In this document: in pieces, positions 24,413 through 37,887 of the stretch | Layout: every line of letters begins with the position of its first letter | Numbering within the stretch: the stretch's first letter is position 1 | Origin: Octopus bimaculoides | Lineage: Eukaryota | Length of the DNA: 64,000 nucleotides | Direction: 5' to 3' | NCBI RefSeq assembly: GCF_001194135.2 | Contig: NC_068986.1 | Span: 21,013,500-21,077,499, forward strand | The notes under the pieces: model-generated | Databases searched by the model: none | What the model saw: the letters and a program-made list of their open reading frames with translations, nothing else | What the model was told of the DNA's origin: nothing | Translations under genes and position numbers: made by a program

Positions 24413-26912
24413 CTTGAGAAGAGGAACACACGTCTGACAGTCTTATTATTATGGTATGTTAGACGGCAGGACATTAGAGTGGAAAGAAAAAAAAGGCGGG
24501 GTGACAAGTAGAAGAAAGGGAAAGGAAAAGAGAAGACAGAGGGGAAGGGGAAGGAAAATATGAACGACGACAGCTCAGAAGGAAGTGTCACATTGATGAT
24601 TGACAGGTTTCACTATAATGAACTATATCTTTGGTAAACCACTATCGTTGGTGCACTTACTTTAACTCACGCAACCTGTCTTGCTTTAACTCACATTAAC
24701 TGTCTTATCTATTTCTCCTTTTAACTCAAACACACACATACAAAGAGAGAGAGAGAGGGGGGGGGACGCACGCACACTCACACATAAACAATTTTTTGTT
24801 TTTTACAATACACGCTCGCACGAACACATAAACATATCGATAAAAATGTATAAACGTACACCAACGAACTTGACTTCACCTAATAACACACAAGACTGGA
24901 GTAAACACGTCCTTTCTTACTCTCATTCAACGTAAGTGTAGCTTTGTGTCAGTACAGAAACACTCCCTCTTTTACACTACCAAACCTTTTCTAATTACCG
25001 GCACACACACGCACACAACTACCCTGTTTTTCACAAACTGACCTAGCATGAACCCACAATTGACGATCTCACCCGACATAACAAAATTCCATTCTACACG
25101 CTCACGCGTGCACACACACCCGCACATACACGTATATTGGCATATATATACATATATACATACATAAATCACATTTTAATTTGGGCACGCCTGATGGAGG
25201 CGTAGAGACGCTGTCGTGACTTTGAGCATTGTTAGATTTGGTGGAGCCCACGATTTTTTTCCAGAAAGAGAGAGACAGCCTTAAAGGAAGGAATCGATCT
25301 CTGTGCAGGACTGTTACTTTATTTATTTCTCTCCAAAGAATAAAAGGAAAAATTAAGCAAGGTTGACCCAGTGGAATTTAAAATTAGAACGCTGAAAATC
25401 GGAACGAACTCCACAAATCATACTATCCGACGCCTTAACAATTCAACTTTTATATACATACATACATACATACATACTTTCGTAACTACAAAAGTATACA
25501 GGCATACATGTACATATGTGAGTTATAAATATATATGTGTGTGTACGTATGTGTGTAAATGGATGGATAGATGGATTCAAGTAGCTACTTAATCTTGTTC
25601 AGTTTTCTAGAAAAATAAACACGGATAATAGAAAGTTATTTAAGGTAGATAATAAATTCTCAAAGAATTATAATAGGATTGAAACAGCAGTCATTCCAGG
25701 GTTAGTTACTCGAAATAAATGATTTGGTAAAATGAAATTTAGGTAAGTTTTCCTAAACTTAGATCCCAAGTAAAGGTGTCGTATATAAAATCGGTTAGCT
25801 TCGCTAGGGAAGGATTCTAGTGCTAACATCTCCAATTTCATAAGAACTCCTTTTGATAGCATCTGGGGAATCGCGATTTCAAGTCTTGCAATCAAAATAT
25901 GTCTAAATAGATACAATTGTTGTGACCGATAAAAATTAAAGAATACACCATGCACCATCTAAGTTCGGTGTGAACGTATTTGGAAATGAAACCAGCGTTA
26001 AAAATAAATCACGAGATAGAGCCAATGAATTCCCATTTCCCAAGAACTAAATATGTTAATTTAGAAATATATAATTTCATAATCTTATAGAATACTAAAA
26101 TTGGTTATGTATATTAGATGTAACAGATTGATCTGATTACGGCATTTAACCATCAGTCTTTAAACCAAGAAGAAGAGTTTCACTGTTCAACTTGATAGGA
26201 TTTGATCTGGAAACACTGACTGATAAAACAAAATCCTCTATTTCTAGTCTCTGGCATTTATACTATGTAAGATATTATACGATAACAACAAAATATCGGA
26301 CCAACAAACCGACGCAGATATAACTGCAGCAGTTAACTCAAAAACTACACGCAACAACCATTCACATATCAATTAGTTTAATTAACGAATCTATAAGTGT
26401 ATTGACTAATTAACCAGCTACCCAAGATATAATTATGCTGCTACTACTCCTAATCACAGTAACCCAATTGATAGAGAAGCAGCCAAACCTAAATCTAACA
26501 AGTTAATCAGCCAAGCAGCTAATCATAAAAAAAGTCGATAGGCTTAATCAAATTTAAGCAATCAGGAATCCCAGAGGCATGAAGACAACATCCCCAAAGG
26601 GAAGAAAAATAGGTTTAATCATTATTGAGTTGAGAATGGGGATCAAAGGGAATCATATTAATAACTTGTTGCACCATGTTTGTAGAAGTTTAGCTTTAAT
26701 TGATTAACTTAACTAATCGAATTAATTTTTGGAATTAAATGTAAACGATGACCAAATCTTTGTTAATAACATAACAAAATATTGAAATATGGATTTATTC
26801 TAGGTTTTAAGCAATGAGAAAAACAACTATCGAGAGCTTTATGTGCTGGTTTCTTAATATATGAGAGTTAAATTTGTACTTTATCATTAAATGCTTTTAG
26901 AATACGAAATTT

Positions 26913-27122
26913 AAAGGCGATCCGACAGAATCGTTAGCAAGCTGGACCAAATGCTTAGCGGCATTTCTCTTCGGTTTACTTCTGGATTCAAATTTCTCCG
27001 AAGTTTACGTTGCTTTTCATCCTCTCAGGGTCGATAAAATGAGTACCAGTTGAGTATTGGAGTCGATGTAATCAAATTCTCCTACCCCCAAAATTTCAGG
27101 CCTTGTGTTTATAGTCGAAAAA
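26913..27122 (+). mobile_element. SINE family M, full length, diverged
   Basis: CAGAATCGTTAGC...CTTTTCATCCTCTCAGGGTCGATAAAATGAGTACCAG...AAATTTCAGGCCTTGTG. Confidence 0.8.
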
Positions 27123-28679
27123 ATTTTTTATGTAAAATTTAGGCAACGAAAAACTATTATTGTGGTTTCCGAACCATTTCGTCGACAGTTGTTCATTAGT
27201 GATAATAAATAAACACTGGATTTGAATCTTATGAAAAGTAACCAACCTTACGACTCTTACAAACGACCATGTTTCCTTTGCATTCATTAGTTGGAACATG
27301 CGGAACATGCTTTTGGATCCTTGAGTATTTTTGTATATGCGTAGGATTTACATTTCAAATAATACTCACACTTTATTCCGGATGTAAATCAATGTATATA
27401 TATATATCTTATATTTAGAGTACTTAAACATAAATTTCACTTAACACTTTGACTCAACTTATGATTAAAAGTTTTACATTCCATTATTTTAGGAATTTAA
27501 TTCAGTTTCTCGTTAGATCTTTGGCAGGTTAGAACTTTTCAAAATATTTCTATGAAAGAGATATGAAGATGCTACAAATGTTTTGTGTAGTAAAGTATTT
27601 AATTTCTATAAGAACCTTACTGTGCTCATCCAACCCGATTGCACATGAATTACGCAACTTAGGTCACATCCAATCTAAAGAATTACCTAACATGTGTAAC
27701 ATGCTGGGACATTAAATGTAAGCAATAATTCATATAATACAAAATATATTTAATATTGGAAACCATTTATGTAAGACAGAACACATTTAATCTAATCACT
27801 CACATTCCCGGGATCTAAAGCCAAATCTAAGATTCTGGAATGATATACTAGACTGAACTAAACTAGGATGATTAGCAAGAGCTAAAACCGAATCAATAAT
27901 CTGCAAGGACGTAATACTCAGAAACCGATAGACTGCATGTTATAGGGGTGTAGTATATAAACACGATATGAAACGGTTTATTATATTCATACGATATACA
28001 TTGTAAGTTAGTGTAAATTGAGAATCAATAGCTTCACCCAGGTTTCAAATATTTCTATATTGGAATTTCAAGGTTACGTATCCGTCATAGAAATAAAACC
28101 AGTAATCAAAGGACATAATATAATTGAATATAATATGATTTTATCGAAACTTAATTAAAATTCGATCAATTTCCATTCAGATACTTGTCTATGCCAATCT
28201 AAAAATATACTACTACCGCTGCTGCTGCTGTTTTGCTGACAAAATCGCTTCGAAAGGCAATAAGTTTAATTCAGAGCACATCATCATTAGAACGTTAAAC
28301 TTCTTGTAAGCATATGAAACTACGGTGAGAGTTCGAGATGGTAGAATAACAAACGAAAGGTTCAGAGGTCAATACTTCGTATTTCATCACCAGGAGCTTG
28401 TGTTGTGTTTATGGCCAAAATATTGGCACCCGCTATCAACGGTATCAATTTCCATCTTGACCATTTCGTTGTTCCTCTCTTACAACTATCTTTTCTTAAA
28501 TTCTTCTCTCAGAATAATTACTGAGGTCTTCGGCAGCCAATTTCAAATGCTCGTGTAGAGCTGGAATTGGTTCATCCAAGACGTTCAAGAATCAGCAAGA
28601 TCACCAGACGTGCAATCCTGGCGACTTCTTCAACAATTTGACTCTTTAGGAAACAACAACAACAACAACAACAACAATG

Positions 28680-29220
28680 GTTTCTTATTTAGACACAAGG
28701 GCAGCAATTTTGAGGATAAAATGCAGAGTTTTCCTGTGCGTGATTTGAACCCAGAACGTAAAAAGTCAAAATACCGCGTCATTTTTTCTGAGATCTTAAC
28801 AGTTATGCCAGTCTACCACCCTAATAATAAAAACAACGGTTTCAAATTTTGGCACAAGTCCGGCTGTTTTAGAGAAAGGNNNNNNNNNNNNNNNNNNNNN
28901 NNNNNNNNNNNNNNNNNNNNNNNNNNNNNNNNNNNNNCAAAGGGGTGAAAAGCAAAGTTGACTTCAGCGGAACTTGAACCCAGAACGTAAGGAAATGAAA
29001 GAAATGTCGTTAATGATTTTGTCTAATACATTAAAGATTCGGTCAATTTGTTGAATAGTTCCTGCCTTACGCACAAGGTCAAATGTTTTAAAGTGTGGAG
29101 GTTAGCTGATTGCTAACGACCCTGGTACTTAACTGGTACTTTACTTATCGATCTTGAAAGGATGAAAGGCAAGTTTGACCTCGGCGGAATTTGAACTCAG
29201 AACGCAGTGAGCCAGAAGAA
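28680..29220 (-). mobile_element. Cluster of three partial family M SINEs, one spanning an N-gap
   Basis: Tail and head segments at about 28680-28815, 28838-29050 and 29065-29220, all on the minus strand. Confidence 0.65.
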
Positions 29221-29231
29221 ATACATTATCA

Positions 29232-29500
29232 TCATCAACCCGCTGGACACCATTGTCTCGAGTTCTAGGAGTCAAAGGGTCAGTTATCTGGTTTCCGTAG
29301 CATATACGTGACGGAGAATACATACCCCCTGAACGGGACACTAGTCTCTCGCAGGGTTACTCCTTCACAGCTGAGTAGACTGCAGCAACGGGAAATGAAG
29401 TGTTTTGCTGAGGAACACAACGCACTGCCTGATGCAGGAATCGAAACCAACGATCTTGCGATCGTGAATGCATCACTCTAACCACAAGGCCACATGCCTT
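29232..29500 (-). mobile_element. SINE family K head and CORE with a different tail
   Basis: Minus strand: tRNA-like head, GTGTTCCTCAGCAAAACACTT, then GTAACCCTGCGAGAGACTAGTGTCCCGTTCAGGGG...TATGCTACGGAAACC and (GAT)n. Confidence 0.75.
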
Positions 29501-29989
29501 TACAAACCGTTTTTCTTTTTTTTCTTTTTTTTCTTTTTTGTCGACGATTTAACCATGTCCTAGCTAGCTTCGAGGTCAAGGGTCAAAGGTCAGTAGTTTA
29601 GTTTGCCAATACCAGAAACGGAAGAAAAAAAAAACCTTGTCATATTTTATTTTTAATTTCTAAAAGCTTCACATGGCAGATTTTTTGAAGGGAAAAAAAT
29701 ATCTCGTTTTCTGCAATCGGATATTTACTTTCTTTAATTCTTTGGCACATTTGCTCTTATTCCAGCTCCCCTCATCCCTCATCCTACCTCCCTCCCACTC
29801 ATAGAACCATCCTTTATTCTTTCGACCATTCTCATTCCGTTTTATGTTCTTCCCATTCTATTCCGCCTAATATCAATTTCTATCTTTTTATCGTTACGAT
29901 TTCCTTGTTCCTTCTTTACCGTTATCTCCTCTTAAATTCTTCCATCACTCACATCCTTCCATCTTCGTATATTTGCCAAGACCTTTCTC

Positions 29990-30753
29990 GATTTCTCTCC
30001 ACTCTCTCTCTCTCTCTATCTCTCTCATTCTCTTGTGTTTATTTTCTCTTATCTCTCTCNNNNNNNNNNNNNNNNNNNNNNNNNNNNNNNNNNNNNNNNN
30101 NNNNNNNNNNNNNNNNNNNNNNNNNNNNNNNNNNNNNNNNNNNNNNNNNNNNNNNNNNNNNNNNNNNNNNNNNNNNNNNNNNNNNNNNNNNNNNNNNNNN
30201 NNNNNNNNNNNNNNNNNNNNNNNNNNNNNNNNNNNNNNNNNNNNNNNNNNNNNNNNNNNNNNNNNNNNNNNNNNNNNNNNNNNNNNNNNNNNNNNNNNNN
30301 NNNNNNNNNNNNNNNNNNNNNNNNNNNNNNNNNNNNNNNNNNNNNNNNNNNNNNNNNNNNNNNNNNNNNNNNNNNNNNNNNNNNNNNNNNNNNNNNNNNN
30401 NNNNNNNNNNNNNNNNNNNNNNNNNNNNNNNNNNNNNNNNNNNNNNNNNNNNNNNNNNNNNNNNNNNNNNNNNNNNNNNNNNNNNNNNNNNNNNNNNNNN
30501 NNNNNNNNNNNNNNNNNNNNNNNNNCTCTCTCACTCTCTTCTCCTCTCTCTCACTCTCTTCTCCTCTCTCTCACTCTCTTCTCCTCTCTCTCACTCTCTT
30601 CTCCTCTCTCTCACTCTCTTCTCCTCTCTCTCACTCTCTTTCCCTCCCTTTCTAGGTCTCTTAGTAATTGTTTTCTCCTTCCGTTTACTTTTATATCATT
30701 TTCCCTCCTTCACAGACACAAATGTGCCTTCCACTCTTTTTTTCCATGCTCTT

Positions 30754-30784
<31 letters not shown>

Positions 30785-31076
30785 TTGTTGTGTGTATGTG
30801 TATCTTATTACATTTGTCAATCTATTTGAGTCTCGTGTAACCCTCTCTCCCCCTCTCCCCTTCACAATTACCTTCTTTATGTCCTATTCACTCAAGTCAT
30901 TTCTATCAATATCACACGTCTCACTCAAACTCCCTTAGTCTTTCCTTCTTGTCTCTCTTTCTCGCTTACTTTTTCGCTTTCTCTTTCTTTCGTCCTTTCC
31001 ACTTCAACTCTTTTTCTCTTTCATTTCCTTCTCTTTAACCTATCTCTCAGTCACTCTCTCTCAATTTTTTCTTTAC

Positions 31077-31113
<37 letters not shown>

Positions 31114-31720
31114 GTTCTCTCTCTCTCTTTCGTTCTCTCTCTCTCCATCTCTCTCTTTCGTTCTCTCTCTCTCCATCTCTCTCTTTCGTTCTCTCTCTCT
31201 CCATCTCTCTCTTTCGTTCTCTCTCTCTCCATCTCTCTCTTTCGTTCTCTCTCTCTCCATCTCTCTCTCTTTCATTCTCTCTCTCCATCTCTCTCTCTTT
31301 CGTTCTCTCTCCCTCTCCATCTCTCTCTTTCGTTCTCTCTCTCTCTTTCGTTTTCTCTCTCCATCTCTCTCTCTCTCCATCTCTCTCTCCTAATCTTTCC
31401 CTCTCATCTTTTCCCCAGTATTTCTCTCTCTCCCCCTCCCTCTCTTTCTCTCCCTCTTTCTCTCCCCCTCTCTCTCTCTCTCTGAGTGTTTTCTCTGTCA
31501 ATCACTTGATCATTTTTCGTTGTCTTTCTCTCTCAATTTTTCTCTCCTCTTGTCTTTCTTTCTCTCTCACTCTCTCTCTTACACACGCACATTCACTGTC
31601 TCTCTCTCTTTCAAACTTCCTAGTCTTTCCCTCTCATCTTTTCCCCAGTCTTTCTCTCTCTCCCCCCTCACCCTCCCTCTCTCTCTCTCTTTCTCTCTCT
31701 CCCTCAATTACTCTCTTTCA
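29990..31720. repeat. Large polypyrimidine (TC)-rich block with compound units, containing an N-gap
   Basis: 20-bp CTCCTCTCTCTCACTCTCTT units at 30526-30640 and TTCGTTCTCTCTCTCCAT-type units at about 31077-31400. Confidence 0.9.
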
Positions 31721-32512
31721 ACTAATTTATCAAAACACTCAATGACAATTAATACAATATACGCCAACAATTGATCAGCAATTACACCTCCTCACACCAC
31801 ACCCGCTACCACCACAGCCTGCCTCCTCCTCCTCCTTTTACGTCTTCTCATTTCTTTTTATTGGCTTGAAATACAAGATATAGATTGGGTGATTGCGGGG
31901 AATAGGCCTAAGCAAGTGATTAATGACCCAAGTTCGATACCAGCCTGGCACACTGACCCTATGGCAAATCACCATGGTCAGGTAGATAATTAATAACAAA
32001 TAAATGTGTAAAATGCTATGCTTATTTTTGCTTGCTCTTTATTTTCTATTTTTTTGGTATTTTATTTCATTCTATTTGCTAATTTTTATGCTATATATTT
32101 TGGTGAGAAGACAGTTGAAGAAGATAAGACGTGGAGATAAGATAGATAGAAGGAAGAGGTAGAGGAGGAGGAGGAGGTGCAGTAAAATGCGGGTAGACTA
32201 AGGAAGAAAAGAAGAGCTACAACAGATTGATAGGTTATTGATCTGACAGGAAATCAATTAATCACTGCTAATAGTCGAGAAAGTTTAGTGAGACGGCATT
32301 GGTACTCAAGTCTCACATATATGCGTAAATAAATATAAATATGTGTACACAGATGGACAGACAGACACGCAAACACACCACACACACACATTGTTCGCAC
32401 ATGCATACACACACATTTGTTTGTGTGTAAGTAGAGAGAGAGAGAGAGAGAAATATGTAGGTACATATATATAAGCACGTATATATGCATATACATTTGC
32501 ATGTATATGTGA

Positions 32513-32544
<32 letters not shown>

Positions 32545-33135
32545 TTGTATATACATTTTAATTTCCATATAAAAACACATACATGCATATATTTATAATT
32601 AAATCTGTTTGCGTGCCCATCAATCTATCTACCTTTCTATTTATCTATGTATGCGAGGGGAAGTCAACGAGAAAAAGAAGGAAAGAAAGTACGAGAGAAA
32701 GACATTTTATCAGAAGCCGGAGTTTCTTGAATTGTCACTCGGTGCTTTCCGTTTGGCTATCATTCAAATGATTGAAAATGTAATGCTTTATCACAATGTA
32801 TAAGGAAAAAAATATTCATAAATACAGAAAAATAGTCATCGAAGTTTAATTGGTTGCCAATAAACCTTCAGTAAATGCGTCGCACAAACAGCTACCCAAG
32901 TGTTAAACGCCGAACATGAGACATATATTCGTCTATGAACGTGCGAAAAGTGAGATGTTTCTGTGCCGTAAGTATCATACGTATGAAACATCGAAAATCA
33001 AGAAAGTTTGCTTCTGTTTGTATAGTTTTAATGGTGATGAAAACTTCCGTATATACTTTTTCGACATGTGACCATTTTTAGGGTATGGCAAATTGATTAT
33101 ATCAGGAATAAACTATTTTTACCTGTGGGAACTCC

Positions 33136-33172
<37 letters not shown>

Positions 33173-33229
33173 GCAATTTACAAAAAGAACAAATCAAAAG
33201 ACAAAGACGGGTGCGTGAAGTGAGAAAGT

Positions 33230-33265
33230 CTTTTACGTTTCGAGCTTACGCTCTTCAACAGAAAG
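33230..33265 (-). ncRNA. Hammerhead-like motif, A6U core variant, tandem copy 1
   Basis: Minus strand: CTTT-CTGTTGA-A-GAGC(gtaa)GCTC-GAAAC-GTA/AAAG. Stem III is the palindrome ACGT. Confidence 0.6.
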
Positions 33266-33393
33266 GAACACAGAAATAAACAGAGAGAGAAAATTACACA
33301 CACACACACACACATATATATATAGTTTAAATTTTCAGGTGTAGGAACAACAAGCAGGTGTACTAGTTTAACGCTCGGGAAAAATGGAGAAGT

Positions 33394-33429
33394 CTTTTAC
33401 GTTTCGAGCCTACGCTCTTCGACAGAAAG
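33394..33429 (-). ncRNA. Hammerhead-like motif, A6U core variant, tandem copy 2
   Basis: Minus strand: CTTT-CTGTCGA-A-GAGC(gtag)GCTC-GAAAC-GTA/AAAG, 164 bp from copy 1 in the same orientation. Confidence 0.6.
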
Positions 33430-33506
33430 GATTAAGAGGAAGAAAAGGAGAGAATGAAAAAAAACAACCTGTAGGGATTAACGATTCAACATGATAAAAT
33501 AGCCCT

Positions 33507-33786
33507 CTAAATCTCGGCGACGTCGGAGACATCCAAGGGCCAAGATTTCGGCCGAGATGATGTAAAAATTTCGGGGACTCCAGCGAAAGTTGAACCGGTC
33601 CACAACACTTTGAGAGCTGCTTGCAAATTGATCAGCTGCTTATAATTGGCCAAGAGCTGGCATCCAGTGGGATGCTTGGCGGCCCAGGTCGGTGAAGCAG
33701 TATTCTTCATTAGATGCAGGTGGAGTGTTGTGGAATAGCGCATGTAGCCTGTCACAGCACACAAAGTATTAGATATCAGCACGGGT
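33507..33786 (-). CDS. Candidate terminal coding exon, product unknown (92 aa, PVLISNTLCAVTGYMRY...WPLDVSDVAEI-stop)
   Basis: Unique sequence of about 48-55% GC in the two lines counted, preceded by a good acceptor TTGTTTTGTTCAATTTCAG, with one frame open to TAG. No recognisable domain. Confidence 0.3.
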
Positions 33787-34017
33787 CTGAAATTGAACAA
33801 AACAATATTCAAATTGATATCATTGACATTTTGCGACTAGGATCAATGACCTTTTTTTGATTGGTGAGTGTTGTAGTTAACTGAAATAAGCGAAGTCCAT
33901 TATTGGCATTGATTTATCGATCCTAGGACGCTGAAAGACAAAATCTACTTAAATGAGATTATGATTCAGAAATCTAAATAGGTATGATTAAAGTAAATTG
34001 TTTAGTTTAACAGACTA

Positions 34018-34390
34018 GGCGCAGGCATAGCTGTGTGGTTAAGGTGCTCTCTTTGCAACCACGTGCTTTCGGGTTCTGCTCAACTGCACGACACCTTGGA
34101 CAAATGTCTTCTAGTATTGCACTGGGTCGACCAATGCCTTGTGAGTGAATTTGGTAAAGAGGAAACGGCGTGTAGGTCCGTCGTCTCTCTATCTCTATCT
34201 CTTTCTTTATCTCTCTCCGCGCACACACACGCGCGTTTGCATGCCCCGTAACTCAGTAGTTCAGTAAAAGAGACCAACAGAATGAGAACCAGACTTTGAA
34301 AATAAGTACCGAAGTTCATTAGTTTGACTAAACACTTCAAAGCGGAGCCCCAGCATGGCCACAGTCCAGTAACTGAAACAAGTAAAAGAA
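34018..34390 (+). mobile_element. SINE family C, full length, diverged
   Basis: Head, ACACCTTGGACAAATGTCTT, central microsatellite, tail CCCCAGCATGGCCACAGTC...GAAACAAGTAAAAG. Confidence 0.8.
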
Positions 34391-34603
34391 GTGATAAACA
34401 ATAATAAAAGATAAAGGCGAGTTCTAATACAATACCTCTATCATTTCTGCCATTCTAGATTAATAACTGAAGGCCTTTACCCGGTACAAAATCCTTATTT
34501 TTTAAGTTAACGATAAATAAGGTTAATTAAATCTATCATTTGATAAAGACATTAATGTTGTCTATGAACTGAAATGACAACCAAGAACAGAAACCGTGTT
34601 GTA

Positions 34604-34831
34604 TTGGGTTGTCCGGAAAGTTCGTGCCGATTTTTAAAGGAAAGAAACAGGTCAATAAATACTTGCCATTACATTTTTAATCAACCAAATATGAACCATT
34701 TTATTGCACAATGCGTTTCTATGTTTCCTTTAACTTGAAAATACCCTCTTCCCGGAATTGAGGTGGTTTCATGGCAGATAAGTCGAAAGGTAAGCTACTC
34801 CAAATCGGCACGAACTTTCCGGACAACCCAA
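34604..34831. mobile_element. mariner-type MITE, 228 bp
   Basis: 30-bp perfect TIRs TTGGGTTGTCCGGAAAGTTCGTGCCGATTT, with TA duplication at 34602-34603 and 34832-34833. Confidence 0.92.
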
Positions 34832-35787
34832 TAGAATACATTTACTTAGAGATGGTTTTACTTCTTGTAAATAGCCAGCTAGTTCGATATAGTTTTATTT
34901 TTTTTTAGCATAAAACCAGCTTTTTTGAGATTGATATGGACAACTTTGTGGCCACCGGAGTATCGTAAGATTAATTTTTTTACTGATATCGACCCTGACG
35001 AAATACGAAAGACCATAAATGATATTTGACAGTAGTTCAACTATTAACCGTTCGTGTTACCTGATTCTTATCATCATATGTACATATGTACATATAGATG
35101 TGTGTGTATCTGTGTGTGTGTGTGTGTAATTGACTGTCTCTGGTTGCAGCGCCTGCTTCTTTTAGTCAAGTAAAATCACTGTGAAAGCGGTACTACTTCA
35201 CGACAAAGATGAAAGGTAAATACACACATCACACAGACTTCACAATCAAACATTACACATCAAAGATAATTATACTGGAATAGTTACATATGAATTCATC
35301 TTGATTCTGGGGTTAAATTTTAACTACAACCGGAAGGCTTGTATTTCATTGGAAACCAATAGTAATCCATCGACAGGAAATCCACAATATTCTCGCTGGA
35401 ACTAAGACACCAATTGAAGTACATTGAGAATATATAGCCAAATGAAATAAGAATTCGTTATAGCATCAAAGAAGGATCGCGTTATCTTTGGAAAATTTAT
35501 GTTGTAACGGTGATTTCTAAGATGTCAGCTGTTGAAAGCGGAAGTGCCAAGATCTAAGGCTGCATCTTTGATGTATATTTATTTATTTATTTGCTTCTAT
35601 TTGATAATGCTTGTTGGTTATCACATTAACTATTTATCTACTTATACAATTATTTACTTTCCCTACCTATCCCTCTTTTTTTCTTTTCTCTTTTACTGTC
35701 ATATTTTCTTTCCCCCTCTCGTCTTCTTTCACTCACTTCTTTTCTGTCGTTTTACACTGACACATGCACATACATACTTTCACACGC

Positions 35788-35833
<46 letters not shown>

Positions 35834-36318
35834 ACGCACACACTTGCATGTGTGTGTGTGAACTGGCAAAATCGTTAAAGCGCCGGAGAGAAGTTACCTT
35901 GCTATCTGGGTCTCTGAGTTTCGATTTCAGTTTCCGTCGAGTTCAGTCTCGCCATTTCTTGCCGATAAGTAAACTCTCAGTCCCATAAGATAGTAGATTT
36001 TAGGATACGGATGTTATAGACACATATGCTGGACTGCCTCATGAGAGGTGTCACTTGACTGAGAGGCATTCAATCCCTAACAGAACGATTGCAGTAGCGT
36101 GAAGGCGAGGGACGATCTGCACTGAGCGACACTTTTATGGAGGTGATACTTTTGGGTTTACTGTACGAGCCTGTATACGTTTGGGGACTCAGAGAGGGAA
36201 GTAAACTAAAGGACTGCATTATGCAGCGGCACACTTTAACTATGCTACTGTAAAAGACGTGCTTCAACCACTGACCAACATGGCGCCTTTTTGAATCTTT
36301 TCTATCACTATAGAGAAG

Positions 36319-36679
36319 TTGTTGTTGTTGGCACTCCGTCGCTTACGACGTTGAGGGTTCCAGTTGATCCGACCAACGGAACAGCCTAGTGACTGAGCAC
36401 TCCACAGACGCGTGTACCCTTAACGTAGTTCTCGGGGATATTCAGCGTGACACAGTGTGACAAGGCTGACCCTTTGAAATACAGGCACAACAGAAACAGG
36501 ACGTAAGAGTGAGAGAAAGTTGTGGTGGTACAGCAGGGTTCGCCACCATCCCCTGCCGGAGCCGCGTGGAGCTTTAGGTGTTTTCGCTCAATAAACACTC
36601 ACAGCGCCCGGTCTGGGAATCGAAACCGTGATCTTATGAACGCGAGTCTGCTGCCCTAACCACTGAGCCATTGCGCCTC
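36319..36679 (-). mobile_element. Full-length tRNA-derived SINE (family K-related) with a 13-bp target-site duplication
   Basis: TSD CACTATAGAGAAG at 36306-36318 and 36680-36692. Minus-strand head TGGCTCAGTGG...GGTTTCGATTCC and (CAA)n tail. Confidence 0.9.
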
Positions 36680-36952
36680 CACTATAGAGAAGATACACAA
36701 GACAATCCTCAGAGATAATTGATCTTGTACCTCCCCTCCGATTCCTCCAACCCACACGTCTCTCCACCACTCACTATCTTTGTTGTGTCCATCGACCCCT
36801 CAGCCCCGCTCTAACCACTATGCCCAGTCCTTTTCTTCTCGGAACATCGACACTGGAGTATTTTCCCTTCTCATGTCTTCTGTTCATTGACCTGCAACAG
36901 TTTAAAAAAGATGAAAGGCAATGATGACCCTGGAGTACAAAAATTAAAGGTC

Positions 36953-37270
36953 TGGCACTCCGTCGGTTCCGACGACGAGTGCTCCAGTTGATCCAATCAA
37001 CAGAACAGCCTCCTCGTAAAGTTAATGTGCAAGTGGTTGAGCACTCCACAGACACACGTGCCTTAACTTAGTTCTCAGAGTGATTGAGTGTAACACAGAG
37101 AATGTGATAAGGCTAATCATTTGAAATACAGCTACAGATAATTTTTGCCAGCTGAGTGGATTGGAGCAACGCGAAATAAAGTGTCTTACCCAAGGACACA
37201 ATGCACCGCCGGGAATCGAACTCTAGACCGTGAGCCAAATACACTAGCCATTAAATACACACCGCCTTCA
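36953..37270 (-). mobile_element. SINE family K, diverged
   Basis: Same tail as the 36319 copy, with CORE-like GTGTCCTTGGGTAAGACACTTT on the minus strand. Confidence 0.8.
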
Positions 37271-37856
37271 CTAAAGGGATCGAATCATTAGATACAGTAA
37301 GACATTTAGTCTGGAGATTCACAGTTTCTTCAACAGCTCAACTCTTATCCTCACCAGTATATAAATAACATTCTCACGAGAGAATCCATTTTGAAAAGAT
37401 TAGTGGCCGTTGTTTTTTGTTTTTTTTATCTATCCATTTATTTATTTATTTCTCTGTTTCTCTATTTATTTATTTATTTATTTCTGCCTTGTGTTGTATT
37501 GGTTTTTCATGGACTCTCGCGTTATTGAATTTTACTTTATTTCTGTTCTTTAATATAGTTATGGCTGTGTAGATATAATTAGTTATGCATGCAATGTTTT
37601 TGTTTCTGATGCATTTGTGGCTGTAGATATTTATTCAATGAACTGTTGTTTAATAGAATTATTTGTTCCGTTTGTTTTCCTTTCTAGTAAATTGCACAGT
37701 GGCCTATTGTAGATTTATTATTATAAATATCGTTTTTATTTGATTTGTCTGTCTCTCTCTCTCTCTCTGCTGCCCTTTTTACATTTATCTACTTATCATT
37801 CCATCTGTGTATCTATCTATCAGTCTATCTATTTATATATTTTGAATCTATCTATC

Positions 37857-37887
<31 letters not shown>

